A stretch of 53,461 bases of DNA, from contig JALNYX010000002.1 in NCBI GenBank assembly GCA_023229615.1, positions 8,797 through 62,257 on the forward strand, read 5' to 3'. The notes below the pieces were generated by a model that had not been told where the DNA came from, did no database searches, and saw only the letters and a list, made by a program, of their open reading frames with translations. This DNA comes from Candidatus Moraniibacteriota bacterium. GTDB taxonomy: Bacteria; Patescibacteriota; Minisyncoccia; Moranbacterales; UBA9337. The translations under genes and the position numbers were made by a program. Shown piece by piece: positions 9,367 to 19,006 of this stretch (its first letter is position 1; each line of letters opens with the position of its first letter).

Positions 9367-10542
9367 TTATATCAATGATTTATACACTTCGAGCGTTTCA
9401 CGGGCGCATTTTTCCCAATTGAAATCTTTCGCCCTTGCAAGTCCGCGTTGCTTGTATTTTTCTCTCAAATTATCATTTTGTGAAAATTCCCACATCGCTT
9501 CAGAAATCTCATTCACATTCAAAGGATTAATCATCAAAGCCGCATCACCGGCAATTTCCGGAATCGAAGAAACATTAGAAACGATTGCCGGAGTTCCTGT
9601 TGCAAAAGCTTCCAAAATAGTCATTCCAAATCCTTCATACAGCGACGGCATCACAAAAAATTCCGCTCCGGAAAACAAAGGAACCAATTCATCGCCGATA
9701 ACATATCCAGTATAGGCAATATCCCTAGAAATCCCCAAATCCTTGGCAATTTGCAAATATTCTTTGGAAAGCCAACCTCTTTTTCCAGCTAACACTAACT
9801 GATATCTGAATTTCTTTCCATTGGTTTGTCCGTTTTTAAGCAAGCATTTTTCCTTGAACTTTGCAAAAGATTGCAAGAGTCTGGTAATATTTTTACTTGG
9901 CTCAAGAGTTCCCAAAAATAAGATGTACTTCTTTTTAATTCCATAACGATCCAAAACTTTTTTTGTATTGATATCCGGAATTTCAAAAAACCTTCGATCT
10001 AATCCGCTGTAAATAATTTTTATCTTTTCATCCTTCGTTTTAAAAACCGATTGCAAATCTTTTTTCATCGACTCTGAAACCGCAATGATTCTGTCGGCCT
10101 TGCTTTCCATTAACCGATACAAAGCCTTGTCTCGACTGCGAGCAATAGCTGGAAAACAACCGGGAATTTTATATGCCCCCAAATCATTGAAAGTCACCAC
10201 GGTCTTTCCCTTATACCCCAAAGGAATCCGACTGAAAGGAGAAGTTGAATGCAAAACATCCAATTTTTCTTTTTGCAAAGTGGCAGTTCCCAGGATTTCG
10301 CTATATGCTCCAGGTAAATATTTCTTGTAATCGGAAAAGGGATAAAATTTTATTTTCACATTTGGTCGGGTGAATTTCTTCACATCTTTTTCCCGCACAC
10401 GAAAATCAAAAAACAAAACGTATTCGTTTTCTCTGTCGATTTCCAGAAGATTGCGAATCAATTGAAAAGTATAATGCCCAACTCCGATTGCGTCGCCTTT
10501 TTCCGGGTTCAAAATTGTTCGTGCATCAATTCCAATTCTCAT
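9367..10542 (-). CDS. Glycosyltransferase family 4
   Basis: MRIGIDAR, LFLGTLEPSKN, PSLYEGFGMTILEAFATG (EX7E). Confidence 0.93.
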   Translation of the reverse strand: MRIGIDARTILNPEKGDAIGVGHYTFQLIRNLLEIDRENEYVLFFDFRVREKDVKKFTRPNVKIKFYPFSDYKKYLPGAYSEILGTATLQKEKLDVLHSTSPFSRIPLGYKGKTVVTFNDLGAYKIPGCFPAIARSRDKALYRLMESKADRIIAVSESMKKDLQSVFKTKDEKIKIIYSGLDRRFFEIPDINTKKVLDRYGIKKKYILFLGTLEPSKNITRLLQSFAKFKEKCLLKNGQTNGKKFRYQLVLAGKRGWLSKEYLQIAKDLGISRDIAYTGYVIGDELVPLFSGAEFFVMPSLYEGFGMTILEAFATGTPAIVSNVSSIPEIAGDAALMINPLNVNEISEAMWEFSQNDNLREKYKQRGLARAKDFNWEKCARETLEVYKSLI

Positions 10543-10579
10543 AATTTTATATGTCTTATTTGTCCTATTTGTCCTATTT

Positions 10580-12193
10580 TCACATTGATTCAGGTGCGCT
10601 CACTCCAACCAATCTTAAAGTTTCTGATAGCACTATTCTAACAGCTTTTACCAGCTCTTGTCTAGCCAATGAAAGCTCAGGCTTCTTCTCATCATTCACT
10701 TTGCACACAGCATAAAATGAATGAAATTTATCCGCCAAAGAAACTGCATAGTGTGGCAATTTGTGCACTTCATAATTTTTTGAGATTTCCTCAATCAATT
10801 CCGGAAATTTACCCATCTCTCGAATCAAGCTTATTTCTTTTTTATGGACTAGCAAAGACAAATCAACCGCCTTTCTATTTTTAATACGTTCGCCACTTTC
10901 CGCTTCTTCCATTTTTCTCAAAATCGAACAAATTCTCGCATGCGCATATTGAACATAAAAAACAGGATTTTTTTCACTACGCTCCAACGCCAAATTCAAA
11001 TCAAAATTTATGTGGCTCGTCGGAGCATAAGATGTAAAAATAAATCTGACTGCGTCTTTTCCGACTTCCTCCAGCAAATCATCCAGTGCAAAATATATCC
11101 CCTTTCGTTTTGACATCTTAATTTCTTTTCCGTCTTTAATGACTCTGACGATTTGCGTCATAATCAAGTCTAGCTTTCCTTTCTTATGCAAAAAATTTTC
11201 CACGAAAGATTTCACAACTTCTGCCTGTTTGTGATGATCCGCTCCTTGGATGTTTATCAATTTATCAAAGCCTCTTTCAATTTTATTTTTATGATACGCG
11301 AAATCAGTTGCCGAATAAGTCTTGAAACCGTTTGATTTGATCAAAACCCTGTCTTTATCATCCCCAAATTGAGTTGATTTAAACCAAATAGCTCCATCCT
11401 TTTCATATATCAAATCACACTCTCGAAGCAAATCGACCGCTTCATCAACTTTACCATTTGTATGCAAACTTTTTTCCGAAAACCAAATGTCGAAATTTAC
11501 TCCCAACTTTTCGCAGGTAGGCTTGATAAATTTTTCCAAAATTACATTCGCCCCCCAATTTCCGACTTCCATCGGATCGTTCATTTTTTCACTTTTCTGA
11601 CTTGCCAAATCATCCACATAATCTCCTCGATATTGAGTTTCTTCGTCCTTTAGGATAGAATGCCCCAGCATCAAAACCTGATTGCCAAAATCATTCACAT
11701 AATATTCTCTTTCAACTTGATGATTGCTTTTTTTCAAAACATTCGCCAGCGCATCGCCCAACGGTCCTCCTCTGGCATTTCCCAAGTGAATCGGTCCGGT
11801 TGGATTAGCACTCACAAATTCAATTAAAAATTTCTTTTTATCGCCAATTTTAGAATTTCCATATTCTTCTTTTTTTTCATTTATTTCTCTCACTTTATTT
11901 TGAAAATATTCTGAAGATAAATAAAAATTGATATACCCAGGTTTCACCACTTCAACTTTTTCTAAAAATTTTACATTTTTATCTGTCATTTTACATTTTA
12001 ATATTTGCGTTTTAATTTCTTCAGCAATTTCCATCGGGCTCTTCTTTAATATTGAAACTAAAACCATCGCAACATTAGTCGCATAATCCCCAAATTTCTC
12101 GTCTTTCGGATAATCCACCACGAAACCGGTCTGCTCCAATCCGAACAAATCTTTTACCGCTTTTTGGATTTTTTTTTCCAGTTCTTTTTTCAT
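10580..12193 (-). CDS. argS: Arginine--tRNA ligase
   Basis: GDYATNVAM, EFVSANPTGPIHLGNAR, KMSKRKG, YVQYAHARI, C-terminal APESM. Confidence 0.98.
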   Translation of the reverse strand: MKKELEKKIQKAVKDLFGLEQTGFVVDYPKDEKFGDYATNVAMVLVSILKKSPMEIAEEIKTQILKCKMTDKNVKFLEKVEVVKPGYINFYLSSEYFQNKVREINEKKEEYGNSKIGDKKKFLIEFVSANPTGPIHLGNARGGPLGDALANVLKKSNHQVEREYYVNDFGNQVLMLGHSILKDEETQYRGDYVDDLASQKSEKMNDPMEVGNWGANVILEKFIKPTCEKLGVNFDIWFSEKSLHTNGKVDEAVDLLRECDLIYEKDGAIWFKSTQFGDDKDRVLIKSNGFKTYSATDFAYHKNKIERGFDKLINIQGADHHKQAEVVKSFVENFLHKKGKLDLIMTQIVRVIKDGKEIKMSKRKGIYFALDDLLEEVGKDAVRFIFTSYAPTSHINFDLNLALERSEKNPVFYVQYAHARICSILRKMEEAESGERIKNRKAVDLSLLVHKKEISLIREMGKFPELIEEISKNYEVHKLPHYAVSLADKFHSFYAVCKVNDEKKPELSLARQELVKAVRIVLSETLRLVGVSAPESM

Positions 12194-12219
12194 ACGCTCT
12201 TATTCTACCATACTATAAA

Positions 12220-13002
12220 TTAATTTCTGATTGATAATTGCTTTTTAATAAATTCCAGAAAATCGACGACTCGCGCCGATTGTTCCGATTGCAATAAAAA
12301 CGGCTCTACATCCTTGGCTAAATATTTAAAATCCAACTCCTCACATCGCGCCACCAGTTTTTCAATAAATTCATTCTTAGAAACCGCCAGTGTCTTTTCT
12401 ATGTAGGAAAAATCCGGCTGTGTCTTGCCATACAGATAGCTTACATCATAAAAATCTCGGCCTTTTTCCCGCTTGCGCTGGAGAATAGTGATGAGTTTTT
12501 GTGCTAAAATGATTTCCGGCGGGTTCACCAGGATATTCCGATAAATATCAAATTTGTTCAGCGTATGCAATATCGGTTCGAAATTTTTATCTTTTCTCAC
12601 TATATCGATGCGCACTAAGATTTTCTCGTTGCCCGCCGCGCTGATATTCGACTCTTGCAGGATATGCGGAAATTTTATATAGCAATGGTAAGCGCCTTTT
12701 TCCACTAGGCGCGTTTCCATTTCAAACCCCTTGAGTTTCATATCAGCTATCACAACTTCCATTAATTCCGCGAAATCATCGAAAGACAATCCGAAATTAT
12801 CAAAATCCAAATCCTCGGAAAAACGATTTTCTTCATACACGATGCGTAGTGCCGTTCCACCGATAAAACTCAAAAATGCGCTCTTTTTTTGCTTGTACAG
12901 CGAATCCAGCAGTTCATATTGCAAATATTCCACCAAGATGCTTTTTACGGACACGTTCGCGATATCGGAATAATATTTTTTAAGTTGGGGTAATGTCAGC
13001 AT
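12220..13002 (-). CDS. abiEii: AbiEii/AbiGii-family nucleotidyltransferase toxin (type IV TA)
   Basis: FIGGTALR...RFSEDLDF NTase motif; AQKL..ILQR..GRDFYD. Confidence 0.92.
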   Translation of the reverse strand: MLTLPQLKKYYSDIANVSVKSILVEYLQYELLDSLYKQKKSAFLSFIGGTALRIVYEENRFSEDLDFDNFGLSFDDFAELMEVVIADMKLKGFEMETRLVEKGAYHCYIKFPHILQESNISAAGNEKILVRIDIVRKDKNFEPILHTLNKFDIYRNILVNPPEIILAQKLITILQRKREKGRDFYDVSYLYGKTQPDFSYIEKTLAVSKNEFIEKLVARCEELDFKYLAKDVEPFLLQSEQSARVVDFLEFIKKQLSIRN

Positions 13003-13604
13003 ATTTTATCAAATAAAAGATTTATACTGTTTGTTAATTTTTCAATATTATATTCTTTGAGATAAATATCTATTTTCTTCCTGTCCATCACGCGCCGAAG
13101 TTCATCGCAATTCATCCTCAATCCATCAATATCCTTTTGATCATTCAACTTTCCCAAATTGAAATAAAAATAATCTAGCAAGGCTTTTTCCGGCTCCGCG
13201 ACCAGATATTTTCCAGATGAAGTTTCCATCGGCACATAGCCAAAAAATAATTTCGGCTGAATATGATGATAAATGAAATTTCCGAAATCATTGGAAAATT
13301 TCCTGGTAGCTTTGGTAGTTATAGCGGTTTGCGCGTACACCATTTCAGGTATCAGTCCGTAATGACTTAGCATAGTTTCCATACTAAGATAACTGGGCTG
13401 ACATAGCAGGAAAGAAATTTCTAGTGCCACCAAGTTTTCTTTTTCATCCGTGAAAAAATACACTCCTCTTTTCAAACGGCCGATATAGTTCTTTTTTTGC
13501 CACAAAGACAACTGATAATTATACACATTCAGTTTTTGCAACAAAATATCCAAACTGGTAAAATATGGCTTATTTATAGCTTTTTTAAATTCTTGGTATT
13601 TCAT
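12996..13604 (-). CDS. abiEi: AbiEi-family antitoxin / transcriptional regulator
   Basis: RLKRGVY, PSYLSMETMLSHYGLIPE, VAEPEKALLDY; overlaps the toxin start. Confidence 0.9.
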   Translation of the reverse strand: MKYQEFKKAINKPYFTSLDILLQKLNVYNYQLSLWQKKNYIGRLKRGVYFFTDEKENLVALEISFLLCQPSYLSMETMLSHYGLIPEMVYAQTAITTKATRKFSNDFGNFIYHHIQPKLFFGYVPMETSSGKYLVAEPEKALLDYFYFNLGKLNDQKDIDGLRMNCDELRRVMDRKKIDIYLKEYNIEKLTNSINLLFDKIC

Positions 13605-13607
13605 TTA

Positions 13608-13662
13608 ATTATTAAATTTAATAATCTATTGAAATTATACATCTATGCTCTCTGATTGTCAA
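13608..13662 (-). promoter_or_regulatory. Consensus sigma70 promoter plus 18-bp palindromic operator of the abiE operon
   Basis: TTGACA (13662-13657), 17 nt, TATAAT (13639-13634); perfect palindrome ATTATTAAATTTAATAAT at 13608-13625. Confidence 0.85.
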
Positions 13663-13779
13663 ACGTAACACGGTTTTTTCTACTAAAAACTGCACATTCG
13701 CCTTTTATGAAAGCGCAAAAGCAAAAACCCCAACACAATGTCGAGGTTTCTGTGAAAAAGACTACAGAAAAAGTGCCTA

Positions 13780-13999
13780 GTGGCACCTTTCTTTGGGCAC
13801 TTTAAGGATGATGTGGACTACAAAGATTGCAAAACATTTGAGCAGTTGCACTTACTAATTGAGGAATATGTGAAATATTACAATCATGGAAGGTATCAAT
13901 GGGATCTAAAAAAGATGACTCCCGTTGAATACAGAAATCATCTTTTAGAATTTGCCAGGTAGTTTTTTATTCCGCGTCCACTTTAAAGGGTACACTTCA
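13780..13999 (+). mobile_element. IS3-family remnant: transposase C-terminus plus right terminal repeat
   Basis: FFGHFKD...IEEYVKYYNHGRYQWDLKKMTPVEYR (IS3 OrfB tail), then GTCCACTTTAAAGGGTACACTTCA ending in CA; 5' part missing. Confidence 0.85.
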
Positions 14000-14042
14000 C
14001 TTTTTTGGTGTTTTTAAAAATACATTTTCAACGGTAAAAAAA

Positions 14043-14654
14043 CTAGAAGTGGGCACAATAAGCATAACACTGACCTTGACTCTGAGCGGCACAATGACAT
14101 CCGTTATTTATTGGAGTGGCATTAAGATAATCATCAGTTGAATCCGCTGGATCAATACCTGAACAACCCGTGCGAATATCTCCCGCGTTGCAAGTAACAT
14201 CACAGTAATAAAGTCCGGCTGAACCTTTATTTATAGTACAACTAGGCGTATTCACAGTAAAACCCCCGACACTCGTTATTGCTCTACAATTTGCCCCATC
14301 CTGATCGCAATATGCTGACGCTCCAACTTGACCCTCAACATCAAGCCTAAGAGATCCATCTGGCGTATTATCTCCGATTCCGACGTTCCCCACCGGAATA
14401 AGAAGGGCATTGGCAGTGTTTGTTAGAACCATTTCCCTGACAGTCAAGTCGCCACTTTTTATTTGAGTTCCGATACCGGTATTAATCGGCGCTCCGATAT
14501 TTCCTCCCGGAGGAGCAACTGTCGGATCTGTCCAGGCGCTCACCATTGCCATTCCACCTCCCAGCAAAAGTCCCAGTGCCAAAGAAAAGAACAACCATTT
14601 GATGTTTTTAATCATACTCCTTTCTTTCTTGATTGATGTTTTTATCGTTTTCAT
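14043..14654 (-). CDS. Secreted/surface protein with WTxPTxxPPxGN motif and Cys-rich C-terminus
   Basis: Signal/TM, AWTDPTVAPPGGNIGAPINTG, GNVGIG repeat, YCDQDGANC. Confidence 0.75.
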   Translation of the reverse strand: MKTIKTSIKKERSMIKNIKWLFFSLALGLLLGGGMAMVSAWTDPTVAPPGGNIGAPINTGIGTQIKSGDLTVREMVLTNTANALLIPVGNVGIGDNTPDGSLRLDVEGQVGASAYCDQDGANCRAITSVGGFTVNTPSCTINKGSAGLYYCDVTCNAGDIRTGCSGIDPADSTDDYLNATPINNGCHCAAQSQGQCYAYCAHF

Positions 14655-14675
14655 TTTTATTATTCTATAAAAAAA

Positions 14676-15017
14676 TTATTCTACTTGATTAATGGAAGTC
14701 ATTGCCTCGTCAATTTTCACATTTTCCTCGCTTGTCATTTCATTTCCCGGTTGTTCCAAAGAGCTTAACGCTTCATCAATTAACAATTCATCCTCTTTTG
14801 TCTTTTCCTCATCTGGTCGCCCTAAAGAATTTTTCGCTTCATCAATTAACGCGTCGTACTGATTTTTTTGAATATCTGTCAATGGTTGCATTACCTGTTC
14901 CTTTGTTTGATTATTCCGATTTTTTATACTCAACGAAAGGAAAAGAAGTATAAACAACAACAACGCCACTACTAAAATGACATAAATAACTATTTTATTT
15001 TCTTTTTTAATTTGCAT
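14676..15017 (-). CDS. Hypothetical single-pass membrane protein with three IDEA repeats
   Basis: N-terminal TM; LIDEAKNSL, LIDEALSSL, KIDEAMTSI. Confidence 0.75.
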   Translation of the reverse strand: MQIKKENKIVIYVILVVALLLFILLFLSLSIKNRNNQTKEQVMQPLTDIQKNQYDALIDEAKNSLGRPDEEKTKEDELLIDEALSSLEQPGNEMTSEENVKIDEAMTSINQVE

Positions 15018-15055
15018 GTTTGTAATAAAAAATTATACTTTATTCCTACTTATTT

Positions 15056-16066
15056 TTACGGAGCCACTTCTCTCCAAGAGCTATCAACACAAGTGTTAAC
15101 CTCGCACAATGCGCCGCACAAATCAGGACACGATCCGTTATTTGTTGTTCCGTCATCGCAACCTTCGCCGGAGCTCACAATTCCATCCCCACAAACTGCC
15201 GGAAGCACGCTCACATTAATCGTCTTTATTTCAGTTTTTCCACCCTGGGAAATCCGCACCTGCGCCGTTCCGGTAGACGCATACGTGCAATCATATGATT
15301 TACTTGTATCTGTTGTGGTATAGGAAACATCATAAACTCCATCGCTTTCATCGCAATTAAATTCATAAGTGATATCGCCGGTAGTTGTTGAGGTATCTTC
15401 TCTGGAGGCTGTGAGAGTTGAAGTCAAGGATGAGCATCCAACACAAGAATTCGGAGAAGCAGAAAGACTAACATTCAAAACCTTGGGCGCTTCGAAACTC
15501 GCGCGAGAAAAATCAATCCATCCCAATTCATCCGACCAGGCATAACCGGAAAAAGTACTCGCAGAAGAATTAATAGAAATTCCATAGGAAGATCCATCTT
15601 GCGCTGTTCCACTTAAACTAATCCATCCCAACCATCCGCCGGAATTTCCCGCCGCATTAGCTGATGCAATTTGTTCAAATCTCGCCCAACCTTCCAAATT
15701 ATTTCCGACTCTTCTGGCACTGCAAACCCCAACCGGGCATCCTCCCAATCGAGAACTGTCAAATGTGATATACCCCAAACCGAAACCGGAATCATCTCCT
15801 CCGCTCCAAGCCTCTCCGGACAATTCTCCATCAGCCATTGGAATATTGACACCATAATCAACCGCTCCGGAATTATTAGTATTATTCATACTAAGCCATC
15901 TGACATTGGTGCTAGTTCCATCTCCCGGAAAAACTCCGTCTAATTCCGTTCCGCCTCCCCAAAGCCATCCAAGCGCATTATCTCCAGTTCCCGCTTTTAT
16001 TTTGGCAACACTGACCATAGCAAAAACCGCAATAAACACAATCAGTAATATAATTCTTTTTTTCAT
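15056..16066 (-). CDS. Secreted protein: G-x-A-W-S...G-W-I repeats, PKD-like domain, Cys-rich CGDG repeat
   Basis: Signal peptide; GYAWSDELGWIDF-type repeats; CGDGIVSSGEGCDDG; ends WREVAP. Confidence 0.8.
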   Translation of the reverse strand: MKKRIILLIVFIAVFAMVSVAKIKAGTGDNALGWLWGGGTELDGVFPGDGTSTNVRWLSMNNTNNSGAVDYGVNIPMADGELSGEAWSGGDDSGFGLGYITFDSSRLGGCPVGVCSARRVGNNLEGWARFEQIASANAAGNSGGWLGWISLSGTAQDGSSYGISINSSASTFSGYAWSDELGWIDFSRASFEAPKVLNVSLSASPNSCVGCSSLTSTLTASREDTSTTTGDITYEFNCDESDGVYDVSYTTTDTSKSYDCTYASTGTAQVRISQGGKTEIKTINVSVLPAVCGDGIVSSGEGCDDGTTNNGSCPDLCGALCEVNTCVDSSWREVAP

Positions 16067-16225
16067 TTTTGTTTTTGTTTTAAAAACCTACGAAAAAACC
16101 CAAGAAAAGAATTGACTAAGTTATTTTTTAATTATACAATAATTTAATTATATTACAATAAGCTGATATAATAAAATTGTGGATAACATTTAAGAAAATT
16201 ACATTTTTTCTTCATAAAAACCGCT

Positions 16226-16681
16226 ATGAAAGCATTGGCTGACAACAAAAGAGCGACTTTTGATTATACCCTTATTGATAAATATGAGGCTGGCTTGGTT
16301 TTGAGCGGACAAGAAGTGAAATCCATTAAAACCGGACACCTCAGCCTCAAAGGAAGCTTTGTTACGATCAAAGCATTTGAATTATATTTGACTAATGCCT
16401 TTATACCGCCCTATCCTTTTGCCGGACAACTGAAAAATTATGATCCCAGTCGTTCCCGCAAACTGCTAGTCAAAAAATCAGAAATAAAAAGACTACTCGG
16501 GAAAGTCCACGCTGAAGGCTTGACATTGGTGCCGATTCGAGTCTATACTAGGAAAAGACTAATCAAGCTGGAATTCGCTTTAGCTCGCGGAAAAAAGAAA
16601 TTCGATAAACGAGCAGATATAGCAAAAAAGGAAGCCTCCAGGAGAATAGCTAGAAATTTAAAAACCTCGAGAAATTTCTGA
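16226..16681 (+). CDS. smpB: SsrA-binding protein
   Basis: NKRATFDY, EAGLVLSGQEVKS, RKLL, GKKKFDKR. Confidence 0.98.
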   Translation: MKALADNKRATFDYTLIDKYEAGLVLSGQEVKSIKTGHLSLKGSFVTIKAFELYLTNAFIPPYPFAGQLKNYDPSRSRKLLVKKSEIKRLLGKVHAEGLTLVPIRVYTRKRLIKLEFALARGKKKFDKRADIAKKEASRRIARNLKTSRNF

Positions 16682-16702
16682 GTTTTTTAATTTCCAAAAA
16701 AT

Positions 16703-17110
16703 GGGGCTGCTTAGCTTCGACAGATTGCACTTTAAAAAATAAGCAAGTCGACCATTTATAATACACGTCGTAAAAATGTTTATAAAAGATATTTAAGTGC
16801 AAACTTTATATCAAAAGTAAAAGCAACTTTCACAAGAAATTTCGCTTTTGCTTCCGCTATTGCCTAATATAGGCCGATAGCCATCAAGCTATTGATTCCT
16901 AATAAATAGACCTTGGTGCCAATCATTAGGATAGCCCTTAGCCGTTACCTTTGATTGCTTTTGGCGAAATTCTCAAAGGCGAACTTTCGGTGTTTTGTTT
17001 GTTTTATAGCCGAAAGCTTGTACCCGTCTCAGGCGGAAATAAGCAAACTAAACTTGTAGAATATTTTTTAAAATCAACTCTGGACATGGGTGCGATTCCC
17101 ATCAGCTCCA
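16703..17110 (+). ncRNA. ssrA: tmRNA
   Basis: 5' GGGGCTG..TTCGAC; 3' ATGGG-TGCGATT-CCCAT CAGCTCCA with G3.U70; follows smpB; tag frame 16799-16867 reads ANFISKVKATFTRNFAFASAIA*. Confidence 0.95.
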
Positions 17111-17131
17111 CAATAATATTTATATACCATC

Positions 17132-17674
17132 ATGCGAAGAAGATTCAAACCGAGAAAACAGCAAATGTACGAAAAACCGCGCTATCGCGTAAACGAACGC
17201 ATACGCATTCCATTAGTTTCTGTTATTGATGAAGCAGGAAGCCACCTAGGAGAAATGTCGAGCTTTGATGCTCTCACGCTAGCCCGTTCCAAAGAAATGG
17301 ACTTAGTAGAAGTATCCCCCAACACGCGTCCACCGGTATGCAAAATAATGGATTATGGGAAGTTTCAGTACGCTCAAGCAAAAAAGAGCAAATCCCAAAC
17401 TGCTCAGAAGAAAACTGAAACAAAAGGAATTCGCATTGGAGTTCGAACAGACACGCATGATTTGGATTTCAAAAAGAAACAAGCAGAAAAGTTTCTCTCA
17501 AAGGGAAATAAAGTAAAAATTGAAATAAGACTCAGAGGAAGAGAGAAAGCTCACCAAGATTTGGCCAGAAAAAATTTGAAAGATTTTTCTAGCAGCATTG
17601 AAACCCCACATAAGATTGAGGAAGATGCGAAAAGATTTCCCGGGGGATTTAATATATTAATAGCACCAGAGTAA
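17132..17674 (+). CDS. infC: Translation initiation factor IF-3
   Basis: RVNERIR, DLVEVSP..RPPVCKIMDYGKF, KVKIEIRLRGRE. Confidence 0.98.
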   Translation: MRRRFKPRKQQMYEKPRYRVNERIRIPLVSVIDEAGSHLGEMSSFDALTLARSKEMDLVEVSPNTRPPVCKIMDYGKFQYAQAKKSKSQTAQKKTETKGIRIGVRTDTHDLDFKKKQAEKFLSKGNKVKIEIRLRGREKAHQDLARKNLKDFSSSIETPHKIEEDAKRFPGGFNILIAPE

Positions 17675-17750
17675 ATTTAGTATTTTGAATTATGAATTCA
17701 GAATATTAGATACTTAATTCTTAATTCCAAATTCTTAATTCTACAAACAT

Positions 17751-17945
17751 ATGCCTAAACTAAAGACCAAGAAATCAGTTATCAAGAAAGTTCGCATCAC
17801 AAAGAACAAAAAAGTGATCGTGCGACACACCAAACAAAATCACGGAAACAGCAAAGAAACCGGAAAATTTCGTCGCCACAAAAGAAACGACCAGCAATTA
17901 TTCAAGACTGACGAAAAAAATATATTAAAAGCAATAATCAACTAG
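17751..17945 (+). CDS. rpmI: 50S ribosomal protein L35
   Basis: MPKLKTKKSVIKKVRIT; lies between infC and rplT. Confidence 0.93.
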   Translation: MPKLKTKKSVIKKVRITKNKKVIVRHTKQNHGNSKETGKFRRHKRNDQQLFKTDEKNILKAIIN

Positions 17946-18008
17946 AACAGTAGCGATGTAATGCAGTATTCCCTACTGCACTACAAAACTAATAACCTAA
18001 ACAATACA

Positions 18009-18356
18009 ATGACTAGAATTAAAAGAGGAGTAACCGCTTCAAAAAGAAGAAAGAATGTATTAAAACTGACCAAAGGATTTCGCTGGAGAAGAAAAACCAA
18101 CTTCAGAGCGGCTAAAGAAGCTGTTCTAAAGGCTGGAAAATACGCCTATCGAGACAGACGCACTAAAAAAAGAACTATGCGTCGCCTATGGATCATCCGA
18201 TTGAACAATGCAGTAAGATTACTTGGACTCAAATACAGCGAACTTATCAATATTCAAACCAAGAAAAATAATGAACTTGATCGAAAAGTTCTTTCTCAAA
18301 TGGCAATGGAAAACCCGTCCATATTTGAAAAATTGATAGCAGGATTGAAAAAATAA
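18009..18356 (+). CDS. rplT: 50S ribosomal protein L20
   Basis: Start reassigned to MTRIKRG; YAYRDRR.KKR..RRLWI.RLN, LDRKVLS. Confidence 0.98.
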   Translation: MTRIKRGVTASKRRKNVLKLTKGFRWRRKTNFRAAKEAVLKAGKYAYRDRRTKKRTMRRLWIIRLNNAVRLLGLKYSELINIQTKKNNELDRKVLSQMAMENPSIFEKLIAGLKK

Positions 18357-18367
18357 TTCTTTTAGAT

Positions 18368-18401
18368 AAAAAACGCCTCGATTTTGATTGAGGTGTTTTT
18401 T
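18368..18401. terminator. Bidirectional intrinsic terminator between rplT and the VanZ gene
   Basis: AAAAAACGCCTC...GAGGTGTTTTTT. Confidence 0.75.
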
Positions 18402-18425
18402 GTACGCAATTTATTTAACTCTGAA

Positions 18426-18806
18426 TCAATCCGCCTTTTTAATCTTTTTTAGAAAAATCCAAACAACCGACAAACCTAAAATAATTCCCACTGAGTCAAT
18501 TCCTACATCAGAAATCTTCCCTTCCCTCCCGAAGACAAATGATTGATGAAATTCATCAGAAAAAGCATAGACCAAAGAAAACAATCCGGACAAAACAACC
18601 AACATCTTTCCGGAAAAATATTTGCGGAACAAATTCATCAAAAGCAACGCCAAAACAAAATATTCAAAAATATGAGCACCTTTTCGCTCAGCATAAAACC
18701 AAAAATCAGGACTGGAATTTTTCACTCCCCCGGGCACGGATGAGAAACTGAAAATAACCACCAGCCACAATAACAATGGAAGATAATTTTTTAAAAAAGT
18801 TTTCAT
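18426..18806 (-). CDS. VanZ-family membrane protein
   Basis: RKGAHIFEY, YAFSDEFHQSFVFGR...DVGID. Confidence 0.92.
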   Translation of the reverse strand: MKTFLKNYLPLLLWLVVIFSFSSVPGGVKNSSPDFWFYAERKGAHIFEYFVLALLLMNLFRKYFSGKMLVVLSGLFSLVYAFSDEFHQSFVFGREGKISDVGIDSVGIILGLSVVWIFLKKIKKAD

Positions 18807-18926
18807 CTATTTGGAATATTTATTTGCCAATTCTTTAATGAGCCGAAACAACGCCAAGAAAGGCAGCCATAACCAAACAATCTTTTTCAAAAAATCATCA
18901 ATAACCTGATTTGTATTCATTGGCAT
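18807..18926 (-). CDS. Small amphipathic protein (39 aa)
   Basis: MPMNTNQVIDDFLKKIVWLWLPFLALFRLIKELANKYSK*; its TAG directly abuts the VanZ ATG. Confidence 0.6.
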   Translation of the reverse strand: MPMNTNQVIDDFLKKIVWLWLPFLALFRLIKELANKYSK

Positions 18927-18950
18927 ATGTTTTGCAAGTTTAAAATTAAT

Positions 18951-19006
18951 TCACTGTTCATTGTTCATTGTTCATTGTTCATTGTTCGTTGTTCATTGCT
19001 CACTGT
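18951..19006. repeat. (TCATTGT)-type heptamer array, ~8 units
   Basis: tcactgt (tcattgt)x4 tcgttgt tcattgc tcactgt; supplies the HAD gene stop codon. Confidence 0.9.

Noticed and set aside
8783..9715. Long antisense ORFs (310 aa here, 256 aa at 2073-2843, and many shorter ones)
   Set aside because: Shadows of well-supported genes on the opposite strand
17060..17131. Island integrated at the tmRNA or tRNA 3' ends
   Set aside because: No integrase and no duplicated 3' end seen; infC follows immediately
17961..18008. N-terminal extensions in the ORF track for rplT, and likewise lspA, yraN, the DksA-like gene, RRM, rsmA, comM and dfx
   Set aside because: Longest-ORF artefacts; family-typical starts lie downstream
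18951..19006. Possible CRISPR array
   Set aside because: Tandem 7-mers without spacers; no repeat-spacer array or cas gene seen in the window
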